From NCBI RefSeq assembly GCF_001194135.2, contig NC_069001.1, forward strand, positions 32,032,912 to 32,096,485: a stretch of DNA of 63,574 nt. Direction: 5' to 3'. The DNA comes from Octopus bimaculoides (taxonomy: Eukaryota). This document shows, one piece after another, positions 12,826 to 24,524 of the stretch. A model generated the notes under the pieces. That model made no database searches and was not told the origin of the DNA. It saw nothing but the letters and a program-made list of their open reading frames with translations. Position numbers and translations under genes: made by a program. Numbering within the stretch: the first letter of the stretch is position 1; each line of letters opens with the position of its first letter.

Positions 12826-13038
12826 GTGAAATTGGCATTCCATGAAACTAAAGGAATCTGTTCCCATGCTGCACCTGGAAAACCCTATGAAGTTATCAAA
12901 AAGATTTTACCCCAGAGCCTCGAAGTGTCTCGTCTTGCAATCATTCCACTTTGGACTGGCAATTTCAGCATCCATGTCACCGTCACACAGGTTGATGACA
13001 ACTTCAGAGAAGAGATAAGGAAAACTTTAAGAGTTCAA
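12826..13038 (+). CDS. C3: C3-like exon (MG7): VKLAFHETKGICSHAAPGKPYE...EEIRKTLRVQ
   Basis: ttattgaAG / GTAAGT, 213 nt, phase 0->0. Confidence 0.93.
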
Positions 13039-14226
13039 GTAAGTTTAAAGTTAGGTTGGAATCTGCTGGAATATCAATTCTAACTGATCTATAATCATCA
13101 TCATCATCATCATCATCTTCACTTATCTCTTCACCACCTTCACCCTCACCATCATATTGAACATTACTATCAACACTGTTGTTGTTGTTGTTGTAGTAAT
13201 CATCATCATCGCCGTCTTCAAAACTATCAATATTATTGATATCATTAGATGATAAATCAGCAGAATCACTTGGGGATTGGCCAGAAGGCATCACACTTTT
13301 GTCATCCTTTTGGAGTCAATAAAATAAGTACCTGTTGAGTACTGGGGTCGATGTAATCAACTTAACCCCCACTCCCTTCATAATTGCTGGCTTTGTGCCA
13401 AAATTTGAAACCAATGTTGTTATCATTACCATCAACACATTCACCTTCATCCCCACTGCACACATCAACTCTTCCCCCACCATCCCCCTCACCATCATAA
13501 CGAATATCTCTGTCATGATGACGATCATCGTTGTTGTTATAACCATCATCAGCATCACCATTATTTTCAACATGATCTACAACATCATCATCATTGTCAT
13601 CAACAATTTGAATATTAAAGAGTCAAACTGGCCAAATCTGGCTCGAATATTCTACCTGTTTAATGTTATAAGTGGCCAGATCCAGCCTGCCACGCCTAAC
13701 CTACAATGTCATTCTAAAAATAAACGATCACATCATTGCCAGCGTCGCCTTACCAGCACATGTGCCAGCGACACGTGAAAAACAGCATTTGAACGTGGTC
13801 GTTGCCAGTGCTGCTGGACTGGCTCCCATGCAGGTAGCATATAAAAAACACCTTTTGAACGTGGTCGTTGCCAGAACTGCCTGACTGACCCTCATGCCGG
13901 TGTCACGTAAAAGCACCCACTACACTCTTGGAGTGGTTCATGTTAGGAAGGGCATCCAGCTGTAGAAACTTTGCCAGATCAGATTGAGCCTGGTACAGCC
14001 TCTGGCTCACCAGTCCTCAGTCAAACTGTCCAACCCATGCCAGCATGGAAAGCAGACATTAAACGATAATGATGATGATCATCATCATCATCATCATTGA
14101 AACCTCAAAACTACATGATAATGCATGATTAATTCAATATAATGTGAATAAATAAGCATTACATTTGACAGAATGATCTGAATGCTAAAAGTGTTATTAA
14201 AGACTGACTTTCTTTATATTTTCCAG

Positions 14227-14341
14227 TACGAAGGCATCAAAGAAACGAAGAGTATATCACTCATGTTGGATCCATCTGGAACTTTCTCCAAACATAGCAG
14301 ACCCCGAAGACAACTTTCCAATCATATAACAATACCAAAAA
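14227..14341 (+). CDS. C3: C3-like exon (CUB start): YEGIKETKSISLMLDPSGTFSKHSRPRRQLSNHITIPK
   Basis: ttttccAG acceptor; 'EG...LDP' motif; weak GTTAAT donor chosen because it gives the phase 1 needed by the next exon. Confidence 0.8.
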
Positions 14342-14977
14342 GTTAATATAAAAATATATATTGTCTTATTTCTTTTTTACTTGTTTTAGTCATTAGGCTG
14401 CGGCCATGCTGGGGCACTGCCTTGGAGAATTTTTAGTCAAATGAATCATCCCCAATACTTATTGTTTTGTTAAGCCTGGTACTTATTCTATCGGTCTCTT
14501 TTGCCAACATCTGAAGATCCTTTCTCACCAATTCGTCCCACATCTTCCAAGGTTTACCCCTCCCATATGTTCCCTCCACAATTTGAGACTGGTACCTCTT
14601 GATGCAACTGTCTTCATTCATATTCATTACAGGACCATACCATCACAGTCTTCTCTCTTGCACTCCACATCTGATGCCTTGCATACTCAGTTTTCCATTA
14701 TAAAATATAAAACACAGAACTGTGTCAACATAATCATAGAGCATTGGATAAAACACCTTGCTGTATTTATTCCAACTCTTTACTTTCCAAGTTCAAATCC
14801 TGTCAAATTCAACTTCATCTTTCATCCTTCAGAAGTTGAAAAATAAAAAAATTATCCAGAACAAAGAACAAGATTATCAACTGCTTCCTTCAGACCGTTT
14901 ACCTAATTTAGAAATAGCTGCTATGTCTCTAAATCTACTAACAACCAATAAATATGTTTCTCTTGCACTTTTTCTAG

Positions 14978-15079
14978 ATGAAATCTATGTTTCCCAGAAA
15001 ACACAGAGCATCATCTTAAATCTTAACCAGCCCCCTGATGCAATTGATGGCTCAGCAAATGGTGACATTGTCATTACAG
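14978..15079 (+). CDS. C3: C3-like exon (CUB): DEIYVSQKTQSIILNLNQPPDAIDGSANGDIVIT
   Basis: tttttctAG / GTGAGA, phase 1->1. Confidence 0.9.
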
Positions 15080-15989
15080 GTGAGAGTTTTGTTTTCATAT
15101 ATAGCCTTTCATATATTTTTTTATACATATGATGGTAGTCGCTTGTAGTCCGAGAAAGATGGTTCTGCAACTTTTTGAAGAACAATCTGCACAAATGATT
15201 TGCATTATAGTGAGCAAATGTATGTGCAGTGCATTAGCTCTCTCCCTCCATCAAATCGATGAGGCCTGAACAAGTGCACAGAGTAGCACATGTCAGGTGT
15301 CAACGTGATCACAGAGTAACTGATTCCTTGGAGCCACACAATTTTCTGCCTCACCAAAGGAGATCTTGTCTCCTGTGAATAGTGCCCTCCATTTCCCAAA
15401 AACATGCTCAGTCAGGGGAAATATTTACTTGGAAAACAAGTGAGGATTGGTGACAGGAAAAGCATCCAGCTAGAGAAAATCTGCCGTGACAAATTCTGTC
15501 TGACCCATGCAAGCATGGAAAAATGGGTGTAAAAGCAATGATAATTGGTACTCCAATGGTTAAGATGACAAGGGTTCCGGCTGATCTGATCAATAGAACA
15601 ACCTGCTTTTGAAATTAATGTGCAAGTGGCTGAGAACTCCACAGACACGTGTATCCTTAATGTAGTTCTCGGGGATATTCAGCATGACACAGAATGTGAC
15701 AAGGTTGGCCCTTTGAAATACAGGTATAACTAATTTTTGCCAACTGAGTGGACTAGAGCAATGAGAAAGAAAGTGTCTTGCTCAAGGACACAATGCATTG
15801 TTGGGAATTGAACTCATGCTCTTTAAATCATTAGCTGAATACCTCTAACCACTTAGCCATGCACCTTCATTAAAAAAGAAACAACGATGATATACACACA
15901 CATTCACACACACATGCATGCACACATGCACACACACTCAAACACATACATGCACATACACACAAGCACACATGCATGCATGCACATGC

Positions 15990-16022
<33 letters not shown>

Positions 16023-16075
16023 TACGCATGTGCACACAGAGTTAAAGTAAATATTTACCTTCATCCTTCCTGAAG

Positions 16076-16264
16076 GAAACCTTCTCGGATCAATAATACA
16101 AACTACCCTGAAAGAACCAGAGAAGCTACTGAAGAAGCCTTATGGTTGTGGAGAGCAGACCATGATATTCCTGGCCCCTTGTGTTTATGTTCTCAAATAC
16201 CTGAACAGTACAAACCAACTGACACCAGAGATCTTTGAGAATTCCACCAGATTCATCAGATTAG
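16076..16264 (+). CDS. C3: C3-like exon with thioester site: GNLLGSIIQTTLKEPEKLLKKPYGCGEQTMIFLAPCVYVLKYLNSTNQLTPEIFENSTRFIRL
   Basis: ccttcctgaAG / GTAAAA, phase 1->1; GCGEQ at 16144-16158. Confidence 0.97.
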
Positions 16265-16939
16265 GTAAAATTCCTCATTGCATCTCTTGTATCTCTTTAT
16301 ATTTCTTTGACCTGAAACTCTAAGATTCTACCTCAATATTTCTTTCACTCGCTTCTCTCTTCTCTCTCAGTTTTGTTCTTTTTTATTTCTGTTCTTGCTC
16401 TTATTCACCCTCTCTCTCTCTCTCATTTTGCATGAATCTTGCTTTTCTTACTTGTTTCAGTTAACAGACTACTGCCATGCTGGAGCACTGCCCTGCAGAG
16501 TTTAGTCAAACAGACTGAACCCTGTGCCTATTATTTTCCTATTTTGAAAGCTAAGTACTTATTCTGTCAATGTCCTGTGTTGAACCTCTAAGTTTCAGGG
16601 ACATAAGCATACACACAAACACACACACGCACACGCACACACACACGCACACACACACACATGCGGCTGTGTGGTAAGAAGTTTGCTTACCAACCACATG
16701 GTTCCGGATTCAGCCCCACTGCATGATGCCTTAGGCAAGTGTCCTCTACTATAGCCTCAGGCTCTCTCTCTGTGTGTGCATGTATACACGTGTCTATGTG
16801 TTTTGTGTGTGTGTATATGGGTTTGCTTACTATGCAGTTTTTATCCATCCCTTTATTTAATTTTTTTTCATTTATTTCCTTATTTATCTCTATTTTTTCT
16901 CCCCCATTCCCCTCCCCCCAATTTATTATATTATTTTAG

Positions 16940-17015
16940 GTATACTAAAGGAGCAAGAATTCCGTAAGATAGATGGCTCTTATGCAGCTTTTGACCGAAA
17001 CTCTGCCAGCACATG
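16940..17015 (+). CDS. C3: C3-like exon (TED): GILKEQEFRKIDGSYAAFDRNSASTW
   Basis: ttattttAG / GTGAGT, phase 1->2; 'DGSY.AF...STW' motif. Confidence 0.96.
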
Positions 17016-17269
17016 GTGAGTATCTTGTATATTTTACTTGTTTCAGTTATTGAATGCAGCCATGCTGGAGCACCACTTGGAAGAATTTTTTTTAGTCAAA
17101 TGTTTTGACCCCAATAGTTATTTTTTTGAAAGCCTAATACTTATTCTATTGGTCTCTTTATAGCCAAATTGCTAAGTTACAGGGACGTAAACATACCAGC
17201 ACCGGTTGTCAAGCAGTGGTGGTGGAGGAGGGGGATAAATGCAGACACAAAGACATACACATATAGATA

Positions 17270-17317
<48 letters not shown>

Positions 17318-19003
17318 AGAGGCTTCTTTCAGTTTCCTTCTATGAAATACCCTCATGAATCTTTAATTGGCCTGAGGCTACAGTAGAAGACACTCACCCA
17401 AGGTACCATGCAGTAGGACTGAACCTGGAACCATGTGGTTTAGAAGCAGGCTTCTTACCACACAGCCACGCCTGCACCTATTTGGAAATTAAAAAAAAAC
17501 CCCAGAAAAATAGAATAATAAACATTAGGTGCAGGCATAACTCTGTAGTTAAGAATCTTGCTTTGTAACCATGTTGTTTCTGGTTCAATCCCACTGCACT
17601 GCACCTCAAGAAAATGTCCTCTCCTGTAGCCCTATGAGGACCAATGCCTTTTGAGTGAATTTGGTAGATGGATACTGTGTGGAAGCTCATTGAATGTATG
17701 TGTGTGTGTGTTTGCCTTTCCCCACAACTGCTTCACAACTGGTGTTGGTTTGTTTACATCCCTGTAACTTTGACAAATGAGATTATAGAATAAGTACCAG
17801 ACTTTAAAATGTAAATAAGTGCTGGGGTTGATTTATTTGACTAAAAATCCTTTACGGCAGTGCCCCAGCATGACTGCAGTTAGAGAGAGAGAGAGAAAGA
17901 GAGAGAGAGTGCAATTTATTAATTGAACATAATTGGCATAATCACTTTCCTTCTCCTTGTATGTATAATTAGAAATATGTTCACACAAACACAGAGAGGG
18001 AGAAAGACAGGGAGGTAGAGAGAGAGGAAGAGAGACAGACAGATAGAGACATTTCGATTTTTTAATTAAACGACTGACATAAATACTTCCTCTCTCCTTG
18101 GACACATAATTAGAAATATACCAGCACACATAAACAAAGAGAGGAGGGGGAGGGGGAGGNNNNNNNNNNNNNNNNNNNNNNNNNNNNNNNNNNNNNNNNN
18201 NNNNNNNNNNNNNNNNNNNNNNNNNNNNNNNNNNNNNNNNNNNNNNNNNGAGAGGAGGAGGAGGAGAGAATGAGAGAAATCTTTAAACAAGAGAAACATT
18301 AAAAAATCTGATGTCAAGTAAGTAATCTTCAAATCACCAACACCGAACAGGTGGCATGAAAATGGCTGTGCCAAAATGTCTTTTATCCTTCCAAGGTCAG
18401 TAAAAACAAATGGTGAGGCCAGGACGGTGGACTGGTAGAATTGTTAGAGCATCAGACTGGATACTTTGGGACATCAGTTCTGGCTCTTTTGCATTCTGAG
18501 TTCAAATTCCACCTAGGTGCCAAATGACCAGAGGAGCATGCAAAGACACTTCTAACTCATAGTTTCTTAGTGTTGACATGTAGGACCCAAAAACCAGTTT
18601 AGGTGGCTGTGACATCATAGAACACTGGCTCAAATAACAACATTATCATCATTTAATACCTGCTTTCCTTGCTGGCATGGGTTGGACGGGTTGACAAGAG
18701 CTGGCAAAGCAAAGGTCTGTGCCAAGCTCTACCATCTGTTTTGGCATGGATTCTAGAAATGGGTGCCCTTCCTAATGCCAATCACTTTACAGTATGTACT
18801 GGATGCTTCTTTCATGGTACCAGCCCTAATGAGGTAACCATGAAGCTCACAAGACTGCTTAAACCCAAATATTGGGTGGGCAGCATTTATTCAAGGAGAT
18901 GAGGGTATAGAGTATTAGAGTTTCCTTTCATGATTTTCACATCAAAATTTCTTTCATCAAAATTTCTTTCGTCCTAATCTCTCTCCTTCTCAATTTTTTT
19001 TAG

Positions 19004-19160
19004 GCTAACAGCATTTGTGTTGAAAGTATTTTGTCAAGCTGCGGAGTTTGAATATGTTGACCCTATGTTAACGAGGACAGCAATAACATGGCTCATCAAC
19101 AAGCAAAAACCCGATGGTTCCTTTGTTGAGAATAATCCAGTCATCCATACAGAAATGATG
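19004..19160 (+). CDS. C3: C3-like exon (TED, catalytic His): LTAFVLKVFCQAAEFEYVDPMLTRTAITWLINKQKPDGSFVENNPVIHTEMM
   Basis: tttttttAG / GTGAGA, phase 2->0; 'WLTAFVLKVF' and 'PVIH.EM' motifs. Confidence 0.97.
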
Positions 19161-19231
19161 GTGAGACAATAGTTATTACATAGTACATTATTTACATTTG
19201 ACGGATATTTGTCCTCATCTTGTTTTTTGTT

Positions 19232-19277
19232 AACACAACATTTCGGCTGATATACCCTCCAGCCTTCATCAGGTGTC
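19232..19277 (-). ncRNA. Minimal type I hammerhead ribozyme motif (Penelope-like element terminal repeat)
   Basis: Minus strand reads GACAC-CTGATGA-A-GGCTG(gagggtatat)CAGCC-GAAA-TGTT-GTGTT: complete core, 5-bp stem II, 5-bp stem I, near-palindromic stem III. Confidence 0.7.
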
Positions 19278-19587
19278 TTGGGGAAACTTCGAACCTGGGT
19301 TCTCATTCCTAAGGTATTTTTCAATGTTATTATTATTATTATTATTATTACTATTATTATTGTTGTTCAGGTCACTTCTTGGAAGCAAACTCAGAATATT
19401 GGGGTTAGTAGCCTGCGCTCTTAACCACTACGCCATATGCCCGTGGGCATATTATTATAGTAGTCAGTATATTAGTTATCGGTATGGTATTATATTAATT
19501 ATTGTGTTTAATTATTATGCAGTGTGTTCACTGCTTATCATTATTTAGTTGTCATACATTTGTTATGATTTTATTGTTTATTTACAG

Positions 19588-19652
<65 letters not shown>

Positions 19653-19894
19653 TGTACTTTCATTGCCCCACCAAAAAATTTTAGTGGGTATGCTTGCAAC
19701 CCCTGCACTCCCTTTCCCTGAACCAATAACACATACACACACACAGACGCATTTCGATGTGTGTGTACACAATGTATCACAGTTATGTATTAAAGCTTTT
19801 ACATTTTGACACAATAACTATAAATACACCCACACACATATGCATGTATGTGTGTAGGTGTGTGTGTAAACATTTTAAACTTTTCTTTTTGTAG

Positions 19895-19972
19895 GGTGGC
19901 CTCAGTGAACAAGCAATGACAGCATTTGTTTTAATCAGTCTCATGGAATGTAAAAGTATTCACCCAGAAATA
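19895..19972 (+). CDS. C3: C3-like exon (TED): GGLSEQAMTAFVLISLMECKSIHPEI
   Basis: tttttgtAG / GTAAGT, phase 0->0; 'TAFVLISL' motif. Confidence 0.95.
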
Positions 19973-20448
19973 GTAAGTAACGTTTCTTTATATCATATAA
20001 ACTATCACAACTGTGAAATAATACATTTACATGTTTCTATCTCTCTCTCCCCTTCTCTCTCTCTCTCTCTCTCTCTTTCTCTATCTCTCTCTCTATATAT
20101 GTAAAAGTACATGGCTCAGTGGTTAGAGCATCAAGCTTACAATTGTGAGGTTGTGAGCTTGATTCCTGGATTGTATGCTGGTTGTATGCTGCATTCTTGA
20201 GCAAGACACTTTATTTCACATTGCTCCAGTTCACTCAGCTGTAGAAATGAGTTGCAACATCACAGGTACCAAGCTGTATCGGCCTTTGCCTTTCCCTTGG
20301 ATAACCTTGGTGGCATGGAGAGGGGAGGCTGGTATGGATGGGTGACTACTCGTCTTCCATAAACAACCTTGCCCAGACTTGTACCTCGGAGGGTAACTTT
20401 CTATGTGCAATCTCATGGTCATTTGTGACCAAAGGCAGTCTTTACTCC

Positions 20449-20498
<50 letters not shown>

Positions 20499-20585
20499 GA
20501 CAGACAGACATAGAGTGTGGTGAATAAATTGTCGTCTAAATTATGCAAATTACATAAAAATATCTTAAAATACTAAAGAGTAAAT

Positions 20586-21090
20586 TTATTCAATAAAATC
20601 GCCATTGGCTTCAACCATGGCCTGCAGACGACTTCGGAATCTCCTGCAACTTTTCTGGATGATCTCCTTGTTTAAGTTGGTGAATGCTGTCATAATCCTT
20701 GCCTTCAGTTCATCTTTGGTGTTACTAGGAGTTTTGTTGGTCTCTCGCTCAACTGCACCCCACATATAATAATCAAGGGGATGACAGTCTGGGGATTTAG
20801 GTGGCCAGATATTAGGGGTGTTGTGGTCACAGAAATTGTCTGACAGCCATGACTGGGTTCTCCTGCTAGTGTAGCATGGTGCAGAGTCCTGTTGCCAGAC
20901 ATAGGGTCTTCCACCAGGCACCCTCTTGACCTAGGGTAGCACTACTTCCTCCAGGCACTTGATGTAGGCCTCCGTCTTGAGTCTGAGGCCGTGTGGAAAG
21001 ATGAAGGGAGGCATAATGTTGCCATCACTAGTGATCACTCCAAATACCATGATATTGACTGGATGTTTGAATTTCATCACTCTCAGTACA
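20586..21090 (-). pseudogene. Tc1/mariner-superfamily transposase remnant, DD37D (maT-type)
   Basis: KHPVNIMVFGVITSDG...LP*VKRVPGGRPYVWQQDSAPC...WPPKSPDCHPLDYYMWG...NGDFIE*; 37 residues between the 2nd and 3rd catalytic Asp; one in-frame stop; N-terminus deleted. Confidence 0.88.
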
Positions 21091-21365
21091 TGTCCTCAGA
21101 TTGACACCCAAACATTCTGAAATGTTCATATTGGAGTTTCTGGCATGAATGCCAAGCAGTACAGCATGTCATTTCCAGATTTCTGGCAGAGTGAATTGCA
21201 TCATAGGGCTGTTTTTCTCACAGATGGTGTCCAACTGACCCTACTATACTGTGTAGTTGACAAAAAAAACAAAAAAAACAATGTGCATGCACAAAATTAA
21301 AATGGCATAATTTGAAATGTGATTTTTTTAATATCTTTAATTAACTTTTCTTTTTATGTCTACAG

Positions 21366-21540
21366 GAATTTACAAGGACAAATGAAATTATTTTAGCTGC
21401 AAAACTACTGGAAAATCAAATTGAGAAGATCACCAATTCTTATGATATGGCCATAATAGCATATGCTCTTAGCCTTACAAACAGCCATAAGAAATATCGT
21501 GCACGTATCAAGCTGAGCAACATGGCAGTAGTTAACCTAG
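21366..21540 (+). CDS. C3: C3-like exon (TED): EFTRTNEIILAAKLLENQIEKITNSYDMAIIAYALSLTNSHKKYRARIKLSNMAVVNL
   Basis: gtctacAG / GTAAAC, phase 0->1; 'Y..AI.AYAL' motif. Confidence 0.95.
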
Positions 21541-21859
21541 GTAAACAGAGTCTTTTCATTGTTGTGCATGAATAAAAACAGTAAAGGGAAATAAATGCAA
21601 TGCACAATAGCTGTAATATAGGTGATGAGAAAAGCTTTTATGCTAGTCACTCAGCTTGCTAGAAATAGCACCCAAACCACTCACTGGTCACATCTTACCT
21701 TCTTAACCATCACTCATTGGAAAGCATTACCTCTGTTATACAGAATGACATGTATGTATGTGTCCTTATCTCAACATTATGTGATGGTTCTAAACAAGCA
21801 TTGCCAACATAGAAGCAATGTCATTTGTTACTATTTTCAGTGAGAAACCTATTTGACTT

Positions 21860-22430
21860 GGATGAAATATTACCTTGTTTGGAAAATGGTTGAGGGTTAG
21901 TGAGACTTCTGAACAGATAAGAGAGTATGCTCTTTTGCTTCTTTTGAGAAGACAGGATCTGCTGGCCAGGGCACTATCTATTGCAAATGTTCACACTTCA
22001 AGGGAGTCTCAAGATGTCATGGCTGATGATGTACAGGTATGGGCTGAGGCTGACACACCTGTAAAGATTCGTGGACAATGACAGTGGTGCACAAGTGTGC
22101 ATTATTCATATGACATATATTTCTGCAGCTTGTCTCTTTGAATGAGCTTCAGTCCTGATCAAGCATAGACTGCAGTTGTGTGTTTCGTATCTGGAATGTT
22201 GCCAAGCATTCACATCACTGTACCAGCCAGACAATGTGATTGGTGGAATGTCAGCTTTCACTTTCTACAAAGAGTTACTTGGATAATGTGAGCTACAATG
22301 TCCTGGGAGCAATTCTAGGTACCAAAAGAGACAGTCTACATCATCTCATTCACAAGTGTTTCCCACAGGTGTTGATCCCACCCACCACTGTCTCTGCTCG
22401 TTGTTTTTAGCACATTTCACCTTTGTACTG
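21860..22430 (-). mobile_element. Probable decayed LINE (RTE-like) ORF2 C-terminal/3' fragment
   Basis: Non-SINE, GC-richer block; minus frame '...IPPITLSGW...RYETHNCSLCLIRT...' loosely resembles the RTE C-terminal Cys motif; several stops. Confidence 0.3.
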
Positions 22431-22553
22431 TCTCCCATGTCTTGGGTTCTTGTGAAAATATTGTTGTTGTTTTTGTTGTTGCTGTTAATAATTTGAAATT
22501 TCTAACCATTCAGACAGCAAGTCGTTCTAATTACCAACAACTTCTTATTTTAG

Positions 22554-22771
22554 GTAACGACTATCGCTACTGGACTGTGACTGAGATCGATAGTGGCTTT
22601 GGCAGAACACTGGATGCTTTATACCATAGTGAAGAATCTTATTTGTCCGTTGAAGCCACAGCTTATGCACTTCTCACAGAACTGCATTTTGGTAGAATAG
22701 AGGAAAGCACACCTATTATCAAATGGCTGACTGAACAAAGAAGTGAAGCAGGAATGTTCAAATCCACACAG
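22554..22771 (+). CDS. C3: C3-like exon (TED): GNDYRYWTVTE...SVEATAYALLTELHFGRIEESTPIIKWLTEQRSEAGMFKSTQ
   Basis: ttattttAG / GTAGGT, phase 1->0; 'VEAT.YALL' and 'WL.EQR..G.F.STQ' motifs. Confidence 0.97.
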
Positions 22772-23990
22772 GTAGGTTACTAACAGCTCTCTGTCACACT
22801 CTAACCTTTCATCTTCTGACACAAGTCCCCCTCCTCAAATGCCCTTCCCCTCTCATAATTCCTTGCCTTGTGAGTTACTCGGTGACCCTGCCAGCACTGG
22901 TGCCACGTAAAAAGCATCCAGTCCACACTGTAAAGTGGTTGGCATTTGGAGGGGCATCCAGCTGTAAAAATCATGCCAAAACTAACTTTGCCTGTGTAAA
23001 AGCACTGAGTCCACTCTGTGGAATGGTTGGTGGTAGGAAGGGCATCCAGCTGTAAAATCCCTGCCAAAACAGACACAGTAGCCTAGGGTAGTTTTCTACC
23101 TGGCTGGCTTCTGTGAACCATCCAACCCATGCATGCATGTAAGATGGGTGTTAAATGATGATGATGTTTATTATTATTATTAAGGCCATGAAGGACTGCG
23201 AGTTGGTGGAATTGTTACTGTGCCAGGCAAAATGGTTAATGGCATCTCTTTCGACTTTGCATTCTGAGTTCAAATGCTGCCAGNNNNNNNNNNNNNNNNN
23301 NNNNNNNNNNNNNNNNNNNNNNNNNNNNNNNNNNNNNNNNNNNNNNNNNNNNNNNNNNNNNNNNNNNNNNNNNNNNNNNNNNNNNNNNNNNNNNNNNNNN
23401 NNNNNNNNNNNNNNNNNNNNNNNNNNNNNNNNNNNNNNNNNNNNNNNNNNNNNNNNNNNNNNNNNNNNNNNNNNNNNNNNNNNNNNNNNNNNNNNNNNNN
23501 NNNNNNNNNNNNNNNNNNNNNNNNNNNNNNNNNNNNNNNNNNNNNNNNNNNNNNNNNNNNNNNNNNNNNNNNNNNNNNNNNNNNNNNNNNNNNNNNNNNN
23601 NNNNNNNNNNNNNNNNNNNNNNNNNNNNNNGTTTACAGAAAACAAAAGATGAAGATAGGTGTATGAACAACAAGTAGGTGTATTAGTTTGAGGCTCAGGA
23701 AATTGAACAAGTCTTTTATGTTCTGAGCCTACGTTCTTTAACAGAAAGGAATAAGAGAAAATAAACAGTGAGAGAATAAAAAAACTTGTGGATTTAACGG
23801 TCAAGCATGTATATATATATATGTATGTATGTATATCTTTATATAAGAAAATAACTTTTGCTTTCACTTGTTAATCCTTCCATTTTTACTGAACCAAATA
23901 ATTCTTTAATTCAAGAGGATGAAAAGGGTGGTGAATACATAAAACACATCCTTGTGAACAAATTATATTGTGATTATAATTCCATTTTAG

Positions 23991-24149
23991 GACACTGTGA
24001 TGGCATTACAAGCTTTGGCCAAGTATGGCAGTATGACCAAAGTTCCTGACATCAATATGCTGTTCAACCTAACATCATCAAAAGCACATCTTCGTAAACA
24101 TTTGACTGTCAACAAAGAATCTTCTCTGTGGAGCCAGGTTGTCTCAGAC
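23991..24149 (+). CDS. C3: C3-like exon (TED end/CUB): DTVMALQALAKYGSMTKVPDINMLFNLTSSKAHLRKHLTVNKESSLWSQVVSD
   Basis: ccattttAG / GTAAGT, phase 0->0; 'DT..ALQALA.Y' motif. Confidence 0.96.
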
Positions 24150-24354
24150 GTAAGTCAGATTGGTTACATTAATCTCTCCCTCTCTCATATATGCATGTAC
24201 ATTATAAATATATATATATATATATATATGATAATATAAATCTATATGTATGTATGTATTTATATATACGTTATTTATATTATTATTTAATTGAATGCCA
24301 CACACACACACGTGATGGACATCTATCCATTACTTTGTCTTGTCTTTTTTGTAG

Positions 24355-24524
24355 GTTCCCATCAATGACGAGGTACTGATTGAATCTATGGGGACAGGTT
24401 CTGCCCAGATGGAGTTCAACATGAACTATTACCGGCCTCCTTCGATCTTACACACATGTCATTTCAATATCAGCTATGTCATCAAAAACATCAACAAATC
24501 CACCAGGAAATTGATCAAAAATGG
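24355..24524 (+). CDS. C3: C3-like exon (CUB/MG8): VPINDEVLIESMGTGSAQMEFNMNYYRPPSILHTCHFNISYVIKNINKSTRKLIKN
   Basis: tttttgtAG / GTAAAT, phase 0->2; 'G.G' and 'C.F.I' motifs. Confidence 0.93.
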
